A stretch of DNA of 64,000 bases from an uncultured Planctomycetaceae bacterium (GTDB lineage Bacteria > Planctomycetota > Planctomycetia > Isosphaerales > Isosphaeraceae). Every line of letters begins with the position of its first letter. Position 1 is the stretch's first letter. Below are positions 45,810 through 56,924 of this stretch, one piece after another. The notes under the pieces are model-generated. The model saw only the letters and a program-made list of their open reading frames with translations. It did no database searches and was not told the origin of the DNA. The DNA is taken from the NCBI GenBank assembly GCA_963833985.1, contig CAWIAD010000001.1, positions 2,048,001 to 2,112,000 on the forward strand, read 5' to 3'. The translations under genes and the position numbers were made by a program.

Positions 45810-46093
45810 GGTGGAAGTCTCCGTGAAAGTTGCTCGCACGAGGTGGCAATTGCGTTGAGAAACGCCGAAAGCGTCCGAAAGGATTCCGTATTTTAGCGGT
45901 CCTCGGGAGCAAAGCCAGACACGAACCACACGAATCAGCAGAGAACGGCGCGAGCGGGACGGGCCTTCCGGCACCTTGACAGCCTCTTGGCGCGGCCCCG
46001 ATGATAGGCGTTTTGCCCGATCAACCTTCTTGACGGCCACGGCGCGTCCCGCCCGGGTTCTTCGGATATGCCGAAAAAGAGGAGCATACGCTG

Positions 46094-48181
46094 ATGTTCT
46101 TGCGTTCTGGACATGGTTTTCTTCTTGCCAGTCTCTGCCTCATGAGCATTGTTGCGACGGCCTGTGCGGATGAAGGCATGTGGGTCTTCAACAATCTTCC
46201 GCTCAACACTCTGAAGGCGCGGTATGGCTTCGAGCCGCCAGCCGGCTGGGCCGAGCACCTGAGGTCGGCCGCGGTGCGTTTCAACAATGGTGGATCGGGC
46301 TCGTTCGTATCGGCGGACGGACTGATCATGACGAACCACCATGTCGGTGCGGACACGCTGGCGAAGCTCGGGACCAAGGACAAGGACTATTACCGCGACG
46401 GGTTCTTCGCCAAGAGTTACGACGAGGAGGCCAAGGCCCCCGACCTGGAGCTGAACGTGCTGGTCGGCATCGAGGACGTGACCGGGAAGGTCACCGAGGG
46501 CCTGACCTCCGGAATGGACGACGCGGCCGCCGAGAAGGCGCGGCGCGGGGCGATGGCCCGCATCGAGAAGGAGTCGGCGGAGAAGACGGGGTTGCGCAGC
46601 GATGTGGTGACGCTCTACCAGGGCGGGCAGTACCACTTATACACCTACAAGAAATACACCGATGTCCGGCTCGTCTTCGCGCCCGAGTTCGACGCGGCCT
46701 TCTTCGGCGGTGACCCGGACAACTTCGAGTACCCGCGCTACGATCTGGACATCTGCTTCTTCCGTGCCTACGAGAACGGCAAGCCCGCCCGCCCTCCGCA
46801 TCACCTGAAGTGGAGCAAGAACGGCAGCAAGGAGGGCGACCTCGTCTTCGTGGCCGGCCATCCGGGGCGTACCGATCGCTTGAACACGCACGCGAGCCTG
46901 GAATTCCTGCGAGACGTCTCCTTCCCCGGACTCCTCGATTTCTTGCATACGAAGGAAGCCTTCCTGCTGGAATACGGCAAACGCGGGGCGGAAGCTTACC
47001 GGCAGGCGAAGGAGGACCTGTTCGGCATCCAGAACAGCCGCAAGGCCAGGGTCGGCGGCCTGGGAGGATTGCGCGACGAGACGTTCATGGAGCGCAAGAA
47101 GCAGGCCGAGAAAGAGCTCCGTGCACGGATCGCGGCCGATCCGAAGAAGAAGGAGGCCTACGGAGCGGCGTGGGAGCGAATCGCGGAGGCCCAGAAGTCG
47201 GCCGCCCGGCTGCTCAAGCCGTACAACTTCCTCGAGCGCGGGTTCGCGTTCGATTCAAGGCTCTTCCGGATCGCCCGGGTCCTGGTTCGACTTGCCGACG
47301 AGAAGACAAAGCCCAACTCCGAGCGGCTCAGAGAGTATCGCGAGTCCGGCATGCCGTCCCTGGAGCTGCAACTCTTCTCCGACGCGCCCATCTATCCCGA
47401 ATACGAGGAGGCCAGCCTCACGCAATCGCTGGAATACTGGAAGAAGCACATGCCGGAGCATCCGCTGGTCGAAAGCGTGCTCCACGGACGCCCACCGGCG
47501 GAGGCCGCGCGCGAACTCGTTCGCCACTCGAAGCTGGCCGACATCGCCCTGCGCAAGAAGCTCGCCGAGGGAGGCAAGGCCGCGGTCGAGCAGTGCGATG
47601 ACCCGATGATCAAGCTGGCACTCGCCGTTGATGCGGACGCTCGCGCTGTTCGCAAGGAGCGAGAGGATCTGATCGAAGGGGTGGAAGCCTCGAACTACGC
47701 CCTGATCGCCAAGGCGATCTTCGAGGACCAGGGAGACTCGGTCTATCCCGACGCCACCTTCACGCTCCGCCTGGCGTTTGGCGTGGTCAAGGGATATGAA
47801 GTCGACGGCAAGACGATTCCGGCCTATACGACCATCGCCGGCGCGTTCCAGCACGCCGAAAAGCACGGCAACACGGACCCGTACGCGCTGCCGCGCTCCT
47901 GGCACGAGGCCAGGAAATCGGGCATGCTGAACCTGGAGACCCCGCTCAATTTCGTTTCCACGGCCGACATCATTGGCGGCAACTCCGGCAGCCCGGTCGT
48001 GAACCGCGACAACGAGGTGGTCGGCCTGATCTTCGACGGCAACATCCAGTCGCTGGTCCTCGATTTCGGCTACGACGATCAGGTCGCACGCGCCGTGTCG
48101 GTGGACTCGCGCGGCATCCTGGAGGCGATCCGGAACATCTACCACGCCGAGCGGCTGGTCAAGGAGATCGAGACTCCATAG
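46094..48181 (+). CDS. S46 family dipeptidyl peptidase
   Basis: Signal peptide then ADEGMW, GSGSFVSADGLIMTNHHV, FFGGDPDNFEYPRY, YPDATFTLR and DIIGGNSGSPV. Confidence 0.95.
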   Translation: MFLRSGHGFLLASLCLMSIVATACADEGMWVFNNLPLNTLKARYGFEPPAGWAEHLRSAAVRFNNGGSGSFVSADGLIMTNHHVGADTLAKLGTKDKDYYRDGFFAKSYDEEAKAPDLELNVLVGIEDVTGKVTEGLTSGMDDAAAEKARRGAMARIEKESAEKTGLRSDVVTLYQGGQYHLYTYKKYTDVRLVFAPEFDAAFFGGDPDNFEYPRYDLDICFFRAYENGKPARPPHHLKWSKNGSKEGDLVFVAGHPGRTDRLNTHASLEFLRDVSFPGLLDFLHTKEAFLLEYGKRGAEAYRQAKEDLFGIQNSRKARVGGLGGLRDETFMERKKQAEKELRARIAADPKKKEAYGAAWERIAEAQKSAARLLKPYNFLERGFAFDSRLFRIARVLVRLADEKTKPNSERLREYRESGMPSLELQLFSDAPIYPEYEEASLTQSLEYWKKHMPEHPLVESVLHGRPPAEAARELVRHSKLADIALRKKLAEGGKAAVEQCDDPMIKLALAVDADARAVRKEREDLIEGVEASNYALIAKAIFEDQGDSVYPDATFTLRLAFGVVKGYEVDGKTIPAYTTIAGAFQHAEKHGNTDPYALPRSWHEARKSGMLNLETPLNFVSTADIIGGNSGSPVVNRDNEVVGLIFDGNIQSLVLDFGYDDQVARAVSVDSRGILEAIRNIYHAERLVKEIETP

Positions 48182-48200
48182 AGCGGTTTGCACCTGGACC

Positions 48201-48243
48201 GGAGGGCAGGCATTCTCTGGCAGACAGGAATGTCTGCCCCCCT
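48201..48243. repeat. REP-like palindrome between convergent genes
   Basis: GGAGGGCAGGCATTC-TCT-GGCAGACAGGAATGTCTGCCCCCC: nested inverted repeats. Confidence 0.55.
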
Positions 48244-48338
48244 TCCAAGACCCGTAAACTGCCTGCAACCCTTCAAAAAATGGCTCTGGCAGGTGCTTGT
48301 CGCCGGCCCCTTACCACGGAGTGCCATCGCAATACCGT

Positions 48339-49034
48339 TCACGGCCGCGCGTAGCGCCGGCCTTTCACGTGGATGTCGTCGAACATCCCGGTGTCGTCGA
48401 ACGAGCCGACACCAATCTGGCCGTGGCGGAACGTGCGATCGTGAGCGGTCATCGCGGGGTGATCCATGTCGTCGAAATAGACTTCGACAAGCCCGTCCGC
48501 GACCTTGCGGACGATGCGCACGTGGTGCCAGCCCTCGGTCCACGGAGTGCCGGCCGTGCGCGACCCGGCAATCGAGACGCGCGGGGTGCCGTTGACGATG
48601 AAGATGCTGTTGGCATGCTCGTCAGCTTGCTTGCCGAGATGAACATAATAGAAATGGCTGGCATCCTCGCGGCCGAAGAAGAAGCAGAGGTCGCGGTGGC
48701 CATAGTCGCGGGTCGTGGAGCGCACCTTCACGTCGAGCACGAAGTCGGTCACATCAAGATCATTCGCCAGCGCGATGTTCAGCGGCGAGCGCACCGCGGG
48801 CTCGTACTTGCTCTGCCGGAATTGCTCGAGCACGCGGTTTGACCCGGGCTGGACGGTACTGATACGCCAGGCGGCCGGGTCGGTGAACGTCCATCCGGAG
48901 GGCTCGGCGCGCTCGAAGTTGTCTTGAAGCAGCGGTGCAAGCGGCTCATCGGCATTCAAGGATGCGGCCAGGCCTGCCAGGACGGCAAAGCCGGTGAGGG
49001 CCGTCCGCAGCGAGTGTCGAAAACGGTTCGTCAT
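48339..49034 (-). CDS. Exported concanavalin-A-fold protein (DUF1080-like)
   Basis: Signal peptide, DNFE, DFVLDVKV, WHHVRI, VEVYFDD and GQIGVGSFDD...FDDIHV. Confidence 0.7.
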   Translation of the reverse strand: MTNRFRHSLRTALTGFAVLAGLAASLNADEPLAPLLQDNFERAEPSGWTFTDPAAWRISTVQPGSNRVLEQFRQSKYEPAVRSPLNIALANDLDVTDFVLDVKVRSTTRDYGHRDLCFFFGREDASHFYYVHLGKQADEHANSIFIVNGTPRVSIAGSRTAGTPWTEGWHHVRIVRKVADGLVEVYFDDMDHPAMTAHDRTFRHGQIGVGSFDDTGMFDDIHVKGRRYARP

Positions 49035-49500
49035 GAGGAGTTCTCCTGTTTCGTGCAAGATAGCAGGTTTTCCAGGGGATGAAAGCATCGCCCGGGGCCG
49101 AACGCGGGTGAGCTGCGTTCTTGACAGCCGCGCTGGCGACTCCTATCATTCGGAGCGTCCTAGTGGTGCTGGTGGCCGGTCCGGTAGCCTGCCGGAACCG
49201 GCGAACAGGGAATCCGGCGCGAATCCGGAACGGCCCCGCCGCTGTGAGCGAGCGCTAAAGAGCGTCTTCCCCTCTTGTTGCCATTGTTGGTCCGGCCCGC
49301 GAGGGATCGGACCGATGAGAAGGCCAGACACTCCAGCTCGCGAGTCAGAAGACCTACCAGCACCCGTACTCGTATCGCTCTGCGCGGGACGAGCGATGCA
49401 GAACCGGTCCCCCCGGAATTCTTCCAGCCTCGGTGGCGCTGTGAATTGCGCCCTCGGGCGAAATTCACGGGGCGGGCACTGGAAGCCGAGGTTCTGAATG

Positions 49501-49725
49501 ATGGCGCGCTTCTCGACACGGGCGGGCGCTCGGGCGCTCGTGATGACCGCGCTCGTCGCCGGATCCGCCGCGGTGTGCGGCTGCGGGGCGAGCTCGGCGC
49601 CGAGCGATGGCACGCTCTCCGAAACCGCCCAGAAAGCACTCCTGAAGCGCAAGGTTGATGTTCAGGACCGTCCCGGGCGCAAGCCGCGTCCGCCGGGCTC
49701 GGGCTCCAGACTCCAGGGGCATTGA
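49501..49725 (+). CDS. Small putative lipoprotein preceding the DUF1559 gene
   Basis: Basic N-terminus, hydrophobic stretch and VCGC lipobox; ends 30 nt before the DUF1559 gene. Confidence 0.55.
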   Translation: MARFSTRAGARALVMTALVAGSAAVCGCGASSAPSDGTLSETAQKALLKRKVDVQDRPGRKPRPPGSGSRLQGH

Positions 49726-49755
49726 ATCGCGCCCCGAGAACCAGAAAGGGCCACG

Positions 49756-50937
49756 ATGAGGCTGCATCAAACACTCGCTCGACCGCGTCTCATGGACCGG
49801 CGCGGCCGGGGTTTCACGCTGATTGAACTGCTGGTCGTGATCGCGATCATCGCCGTGCTGATCTCGCTGCTCTTGCCGGCGGTGCAGTCGGCGCGCGAGG
49901 CCGCGCGGCGGGCGCAGTGCGTCAACAATCTCAAGCAGCTCGGGCTGGCCCTGGCCAACTATGAATCCGGTCAGGGAAGCTACCCGTACGGCATGGCACG
50001 CGAGAACACGGGAGCGAACTCGTTCTCGCCCAACGGCTATTACATCGGCAGCAGCGTCTTCGTCCGGCTGCTTCCTTACCTCGAGCAGCAGGTCCTGGCC
50101 AGTTCCTACAATTACAGCTTGACGAACTGGGTTGCCGACAATTCCACCGTGGGAGCGACCGGCCTGTCGGTCTTGTGGTGCCCGAGCGACGGGGCTGTCT
50201 CCGGGCTGCACTTGCAGTTCCCGGGCTGGGGCTGGGACGGCTCGACGCAGATCCTCACCTACACGAGCTACGCCGGATCGATGGGCAACTTCTGCAAGGT
50301 GCCGATCCATGTCATATCAACGTCTCAGCATATGTCTGTGCTAGCGCAGGCCGACGGGCTTTTCTTCTACCTGGGCTGGCCGGGGATCAGCCCCCCCGTG
50401 CAGCCGAACCCGATCGCACCCCAGAATCCCGGCGGGATTCCTCCGGTGCGGCTGGCCTCGGTCACGGATGGGCTCTCGAACACCCTGGCCTTCGGCGAGA
50501 AGGCTCACGGCAAGTTCAGCCAGACCCCGGATGCTTACGGATCAATCGATTATCAGTACAACGGCGCCTGGGTTTCCGGCAACTTCGGCGACACGCTGTT
50601 CACGACGCTCTTCCCGATGAACCCGTTCGGCCGGATCAGCGACGACCCCAACCCCAACGGCGATTTTTTCTACAGCTACGACAACCAGGAAGACAACTTC
50701 TCCATCGCTGCATCGAGCTATCACCCCGGCGGCTGCAACTTCGCGTTCGCGGACGGCTCGGTGCGGTTCCTCAAGGACAGCATCAACTCCTGGCCGTACG
50801 ACCCCGCGACCGGCAAGCCGACCAACGTGGGCTATGACCCGACCACCTGCCTGTTCAGCGTGGCTCCGGCCCCTGGCGTGTACCAGGCGCTCGCCACGCG
50901 CTCCAAGGGAGAGATCATCAGCGCCGATCAGTACTGA
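49756..50937 (+). CDS. DUF1559 prepilin-type protein with H-X9-DG C-terminal motif
   Basis: GFTLIELLVVIAIIAVLISLLLPAVQSAREAARRAQCVNNLKQ, CPSD, TDGLSNT and HPGGCNFAFADGSVRFLK. Confidence 0.96.
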   Translation: MRLHQTLARPRLMDRRGRGFTLIELLVVIAIIAVLISLLLPAVQSAREAARRAQCVNNLKQLGLALANYESGQGSYPYGMARENTGANSFSPNGYYIGSSVFVRLLPYLEQQVLASSYNYSLTNWVADNSTVGATGLSVLWCPSDGAVSGLHLQFPGWGWDGSTQILTYTSYAGSMGNFCKVPIHVISTSQHMSVLAQADGLFFYLGWPGISPPVQPNPIAPQNPGGIPPVRLASVTDGLSNTLAFGEKAHGKFSQTPDAYGSIDYQYNGAWVSGNFGDTLFTTLFPMNPFGRISDDPNPNGDFFYSYDNQEDNFSIAASSYHPGGCNFAFADGSVRFLKDSINSWPYDPATGKPTNVGYDPTTCLFSVAPAPGVYQALATRSKGEIISADQY

Positions 50938-50977
50938 GGCTGGCCGGCGCTGCTAAGTAGAGCCTCGACTCCAGGAA

Positions 50978-51031
50978 TGTGGGCCAGCCGCCCTCGGCTG
51001 GCTCAGGACGGCCGAGGGCGGCTGTCCCACA
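50978..51031. repeat. REP-like inverted doublet between convergent genes
   Basis: TGTGGGCCAGCCGCCCTCGGCTGGC-TCAG-GACGGCCGAGGGCGGCTGTCCCACA; each arm is itself a GTGG-headed hairpin. Confidence 0.65.
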
Positions 51032-51054
51032 CTTTCCCTCTTCTGGGGAGCTAT

Positions 51055-52188
51055 TTAGACATCGATCACGTAGATATCGACATCCTTCGTCAGCTTCATG
51101 AGCTGATCGAGCAGCGCCCCGCCCAGGAGCCGCCGGTACCAGGGCCGCCGGCTCTTGCCGATGACGATGACCTTGATGGCGTATTCCCGGGCGAACGCAC
51201 ACATGGTGCTGGCCACGTTCGGACCACGGAACTGCATGGGCAAGCCGCCAAGCTGCTGGGCGAGTTCCAGGTTCTTGCTCAGAATGCGCTGGGTTGCCGC
51301 ATCGATGCGGGTGAGGTCTTCCGAGGGGGTCTGAACGTAGACCGCGTACCAGGGCGCATTGAGCCGGTCGGCAATCCGTGCGGTCTTGCGCAGCAGCGCC
51401 GAGGCGTTCGGGCTGAGGCTCGAGATGCCGACCATGACCCGGTCCGTGGTGGCAATGGGCGCCTGGTCGGCCTCGGCCCTGCGCGTGCGGCGGTCGATCA
51501 GGTGGGCGATCTCGGTGAGCGTGAGCTCGCGCAGCCGCGTGAGGTTGACGGGAGTGAAGAAGTTCTCCAGCGAGGTGTTGATCCGCTCCTCGGGATAGAT
51601 CTTGCCTGTCCTGAGCCGCTCGATCAGGTCCTCGACCGAAACATCGACGTTGACGATCTGGTCGGCGTCGGCCAGGACGCGATCCGGAAATCGCTCCTTG
51701 ACCTTCACGCCGGTGGTGCGTTCGATCTCGTCGTAAAGGCTCTCGAAGTGCTGGATATTCACGGTGGTGATGACATGGATCCCGGCGATGAGCAGGTCTT
51801 CCACGTCCTGGTACCGCTTGGAGTGCTTGCTGCCGGGAACGTTGGTGTGCGCCAACTCGTCCACGAGGCAGACGGTGGGCCTGCGCGCCACGATCGCCTC
51901 CAGATCCATTTCCCTGAGTTGAACGCCGCGGTATTCGATGACGCGCGGGGGGACGATTTCCAGGTCAGCAAGCTGCTCCTGGGTCTCCGCGCGGCCGTGG
52001 GTTTCCACGATGCCGATGACCACGTCAACGCCCTGCTTCTTCAGCCGCTGGCCTTCGCGGAGCATGGCGTAGGTCTTGCCGACACCGGCCGCCGAGCCGA
52101 GATAGACCTTGAGTCGTCCCCGGGCCTGGCGGCGGATCAGGGTGAGGAACTGCTCGGGGGTTGGCCGGGGTGGTTCGGCAACGCTCAT
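51055..52188 (-). CDS. kdpD: Stand-alone KdpD N-terminal sensor (KdpD + USP domains; no TM or kinase domain)
   Basis: RGRLKVYLGSAAGVGKTYAML, ETHGRAET, LVDELAHTN, KRYQDVE and NIQHFESL, followed by a USP domain and a stop. Confidence 0.92.
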   Translation of the reverse strand: MSVAEPPRPTPEQFLTLIRRQARGRLKVYLGSAAGVGKTYAMLREGQRLKKQGVDVVIGIVETHGRAETQEQLADLEIVPPRVIEYRGVQLREMDLEAIVARRPTVCLVDELAHTNVPGSKHSKRYQDVEDLLIAGIHVITTVNIQHFESLYDEIERTTGVKVKERFPDRVLADADQIVNVDVSVEDLIERLRTGKIYPEERINTSLENFFTPVNLTRLRELTLTEIAHLIDRRTRRAEADQAPIATTDRVMVGISSLSPNASALLRKTARIADRLNAPWYAVYVQTPSEDLTRIDAATQRILSKNLELAQQLGGLPMQFRGPNVASTMCAFAREYAIKVIVIGKSRRPWYRRLLGGALLDQLMKLTKDVDIYVIDV

Positions 52189-52204
52189 GGCCGTACTCCA
52201 CGCC

Positions 52205-52770
52205 TCATTCCGCGGCCTGAAGCTCATCCAGGGCCAGGTTCAGCTTCAGCACGTTGATGCGCGGCGGTGCGCCGATGATCGCCGCAGAGTGATCGGTGTG
52301 GCGAGTGATCAGCGCCGGACCCGTTCATCGGGAAGATGGCGGGCGGCCGCGACGCGTCCTGCCTGGTAGAAGGCGGCCTCCGGGCTGATCTCGGGGTCGA
52401 GGCCGGAGCCCGAGGCCGTCACCAGGTCAACCGGAATGGGGTTTTCCGGGGTGGCCTTGAGCGCCTCCGCCCGCTCGACGACCTTCTTCCGGAGGTCGGG
52501 GTTCCTGGTGCCGAGGTTCGAGCCTCCAGCGGCGTCCGCCTTGTAGTCGACGGCCGAGGGGCGGGGGTGGAAATAACGGTCCGAGGCGAACGGCTGCGCG
52601 ATCAGCTCCGAGCCGATCACGGTGCGATCGCCCCTGAGGATCAGGCTCCCCTCCGCCTGGTGCGGGAAGGCAAGCTGGGCCAGCCCCCACACCACCGTGG
52701 GATAGGCCACGGAACAGAGGATGAAGGAAACGAGGCAAGCCAGCAGGGCTGTGATGGACTCGCGGATCAT
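52205..52770 (-). CDS. kdpC: K+-transporting ATPase subunit C (apparent frameshift ~52313)
   Basis: GSELIAQPF, YFHPRPSA and DLVTASGSGLDPEIS; the conserved tail PRINVLKLNLALD continues in another frame to TGA 52205. Confidence 0.92.
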
Positions 52771-52817
52771 GGTCAAGAATTCTCCAGTCCCAGAGCGTTG
52801 AAATGCAAGACCTCGCC

Positions 52818-54959
52818 TCAGCCCATGCCCACAAGGGCGAGCAGCGGGTCGATCAACATGTCGATGAGCTTGATGCCAGCGAACGGCGCGATCACGCCGC
52901 CCAGCCCGTACCAGAGCAGGTTCCTGCGCAGCAATGCCTCGGCACCGACGGGCCGATAGGTCACTCCCTTGAGGGCGATCGGAATGAGCATCGGGATGAT
53001 GACGGCGTTGAAGATCACCGCCGCCAGGATGGCCGAGTACGCTCCGCCGTGGGTCGCCAGGCCCATGATATCCAGGTTTTTGAGCTCAGGGAGTGTGACG
53101 ATGAACATCGCCGGGATCACCGCGAAGTACTTGGCCAGGTCGTTGGCGATGGAAAACGTGGTCAGGGCACCGCGGGTCATGAGCAGTTGCTTGCCGATCT
53201 CGACCACCTCGATGAGCTTCGTCGGGTCGCTGTCGAGATCGACCATGTTGCCGGCTTCCTTCGCGGCCTGGGTGCCGGAATTCATGGCCACGCCGATATC
53301 GGCCTGGGCCAGCGCGGGGGCGTCGTTGGTGCCGTCGCCCATCATCGCCACGAGCTTGCCGCCGTGCTGCTCCTTGCGGATGTAGGCCAGCTTGGCCTCG
53401 GGAGTGGCCTGGGCGATGAAGTCGTCCACGCCCGCCTCCTCGGCGATGGCCTTCGCCGTGAGCGGGTTGTCGCCGGTGACCATGACCACGCGCAGGCCCA
53501 TCTTGCGGAGTCGTGCGAACCGTTCGCGGATCCCCTGCTTGAGGATGTCCTCGAGCTTGACGATCCCCACGAGCCGATCGTTCTCGGCTACCGCCAGCGG
53601 GGTGGCTCCGCGCGAGGCAATAGAATCGACGGTCGGCTGATAGGCCTCCGGGATGGTGCCGCCTTGCTCCTGGATGTAGCGCGCGATCGTATCGGGCGCT
53701 CCCTTGCGAATCCGCGTTCCATCGGGCAGGTCCACTCCGCTCATCCGGGTCTGTGCGGTGAAGTCGATGAACCGGGAGCCGGCCGGAGCCTCGCCATCAA
53801 GAGCGGCTGGCCTGGCCAGGTCGAGGATGCTCTTCCCCTCGGGCGTGATGTCGGCCATGGAGGCCAGCCCAGCCAGCCGTGCCAGATGACGGTCGGACAC
53901 TCCGCCCAGGGGAACAAACTGGGTGGCGCGGCGGTTGCCGATGGTGATCGTGCCAGTCTTGTCCAGCAGCAGGGTGTCGATGTCGCCGGCCAGCTCGACG
54001 GCCTTGCCGCTCTTGGCGATGATGTTCGCCATGAGGGCACGGTCCATCCCCGCGATGCCGATGGCGGCGAGCAGAGCGCCGATGGTCGTCGGGATCAGGC
54101 AGACCAGGAGCGCGATCAAGGTCGGAATGTCGAGGGTCAGCTCGAAGTACCGGGCCATGGGGTAGAGTGCCGCGGTGACGATCAGGAAGATCAGCGAGAA
54201 GGCGGCCAGCACGATGGTCAGGGCAATCTCGTTGGGTGTTTTCTGGCGGATCGCCCCTTCCACGAGGGCGATCATCCGGTCCAGGAAACTCTGGCCCGGT
54301 TCGGAGGTGACCTCGATGATGATACGGTCGGAGAGGACGCGCGTGCCTCCGGTCACCCCGGAGCGGTCGCCGCCGGCTTCGCGGATGACCGGAGCACTCT
54401 CTCCAGTGATCGCGCTTTCATCCACCGATGCCACACCGGCCACCACCTCGCCATCGGCGGGGATGACCTGCCCGGCTTCCACCAGTACAAGGTCGCCGGT
54501 GCGAAGCTGCGTGGACGGAACGAGCTGGCCGTCCTGGGAAGCGAGGCTTTCGATCCGCAGAGCCGGCGTATCCTGTCGGGTCGCACGCAGGCTGTCGGCC
54601 TGGGCCTTGCCGCGCGCTTCGGCCAGGGCCTCCGCGAAATTCGCGAAGAGAACGGTGAGCAAGAGCAGCAGGGTCAGCGCGAACTGATAGACGACGAGCC
54701 CCAGCGCGGCACCGGTGATGATGGACTGCACGGTGACAATGGCCGTGAGCACGGTTCCCACTTCGACCAGGAACATGACAGGATTACGCATCATGGACCG
54801 CGGGTCGAGCATGATGAACGAGCGAACGGTCGCCTGGCGGATCATGTGGGGGTCGAACAGGCCGAGCCGGCGCGCCTGCCGCCTCTGGAGCTTGAACGCC
54901 TGGGCTTCGGCGGCGGAGCGCGGCGAGACCGTGGACTGGGTCGAGACTTCGACGCTCAT
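52818..54959 (-). CDS. kdpB: K+-transporting P-type ATPase subunit B
   Basis: [45 protein letters not shown] and [13 protein letters not shown]. Confidence 0.98.
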   Translation of the reverse strand: MSVEVSTQSTVSPRSAAEAQAFKLQRRQARRLGLFDPHMIRQATVRSFIMLDPRSMMRNPVMFLVEVGTVLTAIVTVQSIITGAALGLVVYQFALTLLLLLTVLFANFAEALAEARGKAQADSLRATRQDTPALRIESLASQDGQLVPSTQLRTGDLVLVEAGQVIPADGEVVAGVASVDESAITGESAPVIREAGGDRSGVTGGTRVLSDRIIIEVTSEPGQSFLDRMIALVEGAIRQKTPNEIALTIVLAAFSLIFLIVTAALYPMARYFELTLDIPTLIALLVCLIPTTIGALLAAIGIAGMDRALMANIIAKSGKAVELAGDIDTLLLDKTGTITIGNRRATQFVPLGGVSDRHLARLAGLASMADITPEGKSILDLARPAALDGEAPAGSRFIDFTAQTRMSGVDLPDGTRIRKGAPDTIARYIQEQGGTIPEAYQPTVDSIASRGATPLAVAENDRLVGIVKLEDILKQGIRERFARLRKMGLRVVMVTGDNPLTAKAIAEEAGVDDFIAQATPEAKLAYIRKEQHGGKLVAMMGDGTNDAPALAQADIGVAMNSGTQAAKEAGNMVDLDSDPTKLIEVVEIGKQLLMTRGALTTFSIANDLAKYFAVIPAMFIVTLPELKNLDIMGLATHGGAYSAILAAVIFNAVIIPMLIPIALKGVTYRPVGAEALLRRNLLWYGLGGVIAPFAGIKLIDMLIDPLLALVGMG

Positions 54960-55035
54960 GGGCAAGGTTCCGATGGAAGATGGATGGTGTCAGACCGGGA
55001 AAAGCAGCGGCGCAGTCGGGCTCTCCGGACAGAGC

Positions 55036-56793
55036 TCACGGCGTGATGGCCGACAGGTGGTCTGCCACCGGGCCAAGCACGAGGGCGGGCATGAACGACA
55101 GCGCGCCGACCAGGAGCACGGTCCCGAGCAGCATGCAGGCGAAGGTCAGGTTGTCGGTGCGCAGGGTGCCGGTGGAGTAGGGCACGCGCTTCTTCGCCGC
55201 CAGGAACCCGGCCAGGACGATCGGCAAGACCAGGGCCGGAAATCGGCCCAGCAGCAACACCATTCCCGTGGCGACGTTCCAGGCCGGCGTGTTGTCTCCC
55301 AGGCCTTCAAAGCCGGAGCCGTTATTCGCGGACGCCGATGTGAACTCGTAGAGGATCTCGGAGAAGCCGTGCGCGCCGGGGTTCGCCGTCGCCTTCGCCC
55401 CCCAGTCGGTGGCCGCGAACAGGCCGGCCCCCGCCAGGATCAGCAAAGGATGCATGAGCATCACGATCATGGCGAGCTTGACCTCGCGCGCCTCCACCTT
55501 CTTTCCCAGGTACTCCGGCGTGCGGCCGACCATGAGCCCGGCAAGGAAGACGGCGACGATGATGAACATGAGCATGTTCTCAAACCCGGCACCAATGCCG
55601 CTGAACACCACGTTCAGCATCATCATGGACAAGGGCACGATGCCGGTGATCGGGTTCAAGCTGTCGTGCATGCTATTGACCGAACCGTTGGACGTTCCCG
55701 TGGTCATCGCGGCCCAGGTGGCCGAGGCGACCGGACCCAGCCTGGTTTCCTTGCCTTCCATGTTGGCGCCCTCGGCCACTCCGGAGAGGTTCGCCGTCGC
55801 GGCCGATGGCCTGGTTTCGGCCCAGATGGCCACCGAGGCCCCCACGACCATCAGGCTGAGCATCACGCCGAAGATCACCGCCGCGTGCTTCCGTTCCTTG
55901 AGCATCAGGCCGGCCATCACGATGGACGCCATGGGCAGCATGACAATGAGCGCGATCGATACGAGGTTCGTCCACGGGGTCGGGTTTTCGAATGGATGAG
56001 CCGAGTTGGGCCCGAAGAACCCGCCTCCATTGGTTCCCGCCTGCTTGATCGCCACCAGCGCAGCCACAGGCCCGCGGGCGATGGTTTGCGTCTCCATGCC
56101 GGCGCCTGCACCGTCGATCGTCTGCGCCGGGGCCGCGGCGCTGAAGGTCATGGGCGTGCCCTGGGAGACCAGGAACAGTGACACCACCACGGCGACGGGC
56201 ATGAAGACATAGAGCAGCCCGCGCATCATGTCCAGGTAGAAATCACCCAGGTGCGTGTCACCGCGCAGGCCGCGGATGACCGCGAGCATCGCCGCCAGGC
56301 CCACCGCCGGCGTCACGAACATGAGCCAGACGATGCCACCAAGCTGGCAGAAGTACGAGAGGTGCTGTTCACCGGAGTAATGCTGAAGGTTGGTGTTGGT
56401 GACGAACGAGCAGACCGTATTGAACACGACGGCCGTATCGGCGTCCTTGTGTTCCACTCCCGCGGCATCCTTGTAGCCGAGTGCGCCCAAGGAGCCCTTA
56501 CCGTCAGGGTTCAGCGGCAGGTGCGGCTGCGCGTAGAGCAGGCCGAAAGTGATCACGAAAAGCGCGGCGTTGAAGGTCAGAAGTGCGAAGCAGTACTGCT
56601 TCCAGTTCATCGCCGCGGGCTGCCGCCGGCCGAGCAGCCGGCACAGGAACATCGGCACGGCATCGAGACCGCGTCCGATGCGATCCGGCCGCGGATCGAG
56701 CGCGCGGAACATCGAGTATCCCAGCGGCAACGACGCTGCGATGGGCAATCCGAACGCCCAGAACGGGTGCATCCAGGCATAAGAAGATCCCAC
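55036..56793 (-). CDS. kdpA: K+-transporting ATPase subunit A
   Basis: Filter motifs TNTNLQHYSGE, KQAGTNGGGFF, SNGSVN and SANNGSGFEG; GLMVGRTPEYLGKK; GAGGAG RBS. Confidence 0.98.
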   Translation of the reverse strand: MGSSYAWMHPFWAFGLPIAASLPLGYSMFRALDPRPDRIGRGLDAVPMFLCRLLGRRQPAAMNWKQYCFALLTFNAALFVITFGLLYAQPHLPLNPDGKGSLGALGYKDAAGVEHKDADTAVVFNTVCSFVTNTNLQHYSGEQHLSYFCQLGGIVWLMFVTPAVGLAAMLAVIRGLRGDTHLGDFYLDMMRGLLYVFMPVAVVVSLFLVSQGTPMTFSAAAPAQTIDGAGAGMETQTIARGPVAALVAIKQAGTNGGGFFGPNSAHPFENPTPWTNLVSIALIVMLPMASIVMAGLMLKERKHAAVIFGVMLSLMVVGASVAIWAETRPSAATANLSGVAEGANMEGKETRLGPVASATWAAMTTGTSNGSVNSMHDSLNPITGIVPLSMMMLNVVFSGIGAGFENMLMFIIVAVFLAGLMVGRTPEYLGKKVEAREVKLAMIVMLMHPLLILAGAGLFAATDWGAKATANPGAHGFSEILYEFTSASANNGSGFEGLGDNTPAWNVATGMVLLLGRFPALVLPIVLAGFLAAKKRVPYSTGTLRTDNLTFACMLLGTVLLVGALSFMPALVLGPVADHLSAITP

Positions 56794-56824
56794 AAATCAC
56801 TCCTCTTGTGCAAATGGCTGTGAG

Positions 56825-56905
56825 TCAGAACCGTTCCGGCCGCAGCATGGCGTAGACGAGGTACACCAGGGCCGCCACGGTGACAAGCGCGGTGACATAG
56901 AGCAC
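56825..56905 (-). CDS. kdpF: K+-transporting ATPase subunit F (26 aa)
   Basis: GTG-LYVTALVTVAALVYLVYAMLRPERF with a GGGAGA RBS, directly upstream of kdpA. Confidence 0.9.
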   Translation of the reverse strand: MLYVTALVTVAALVYLVYAMLRPERF

Positions 56906-56924
56906 GTCGATCTCTCCCGGGAAA

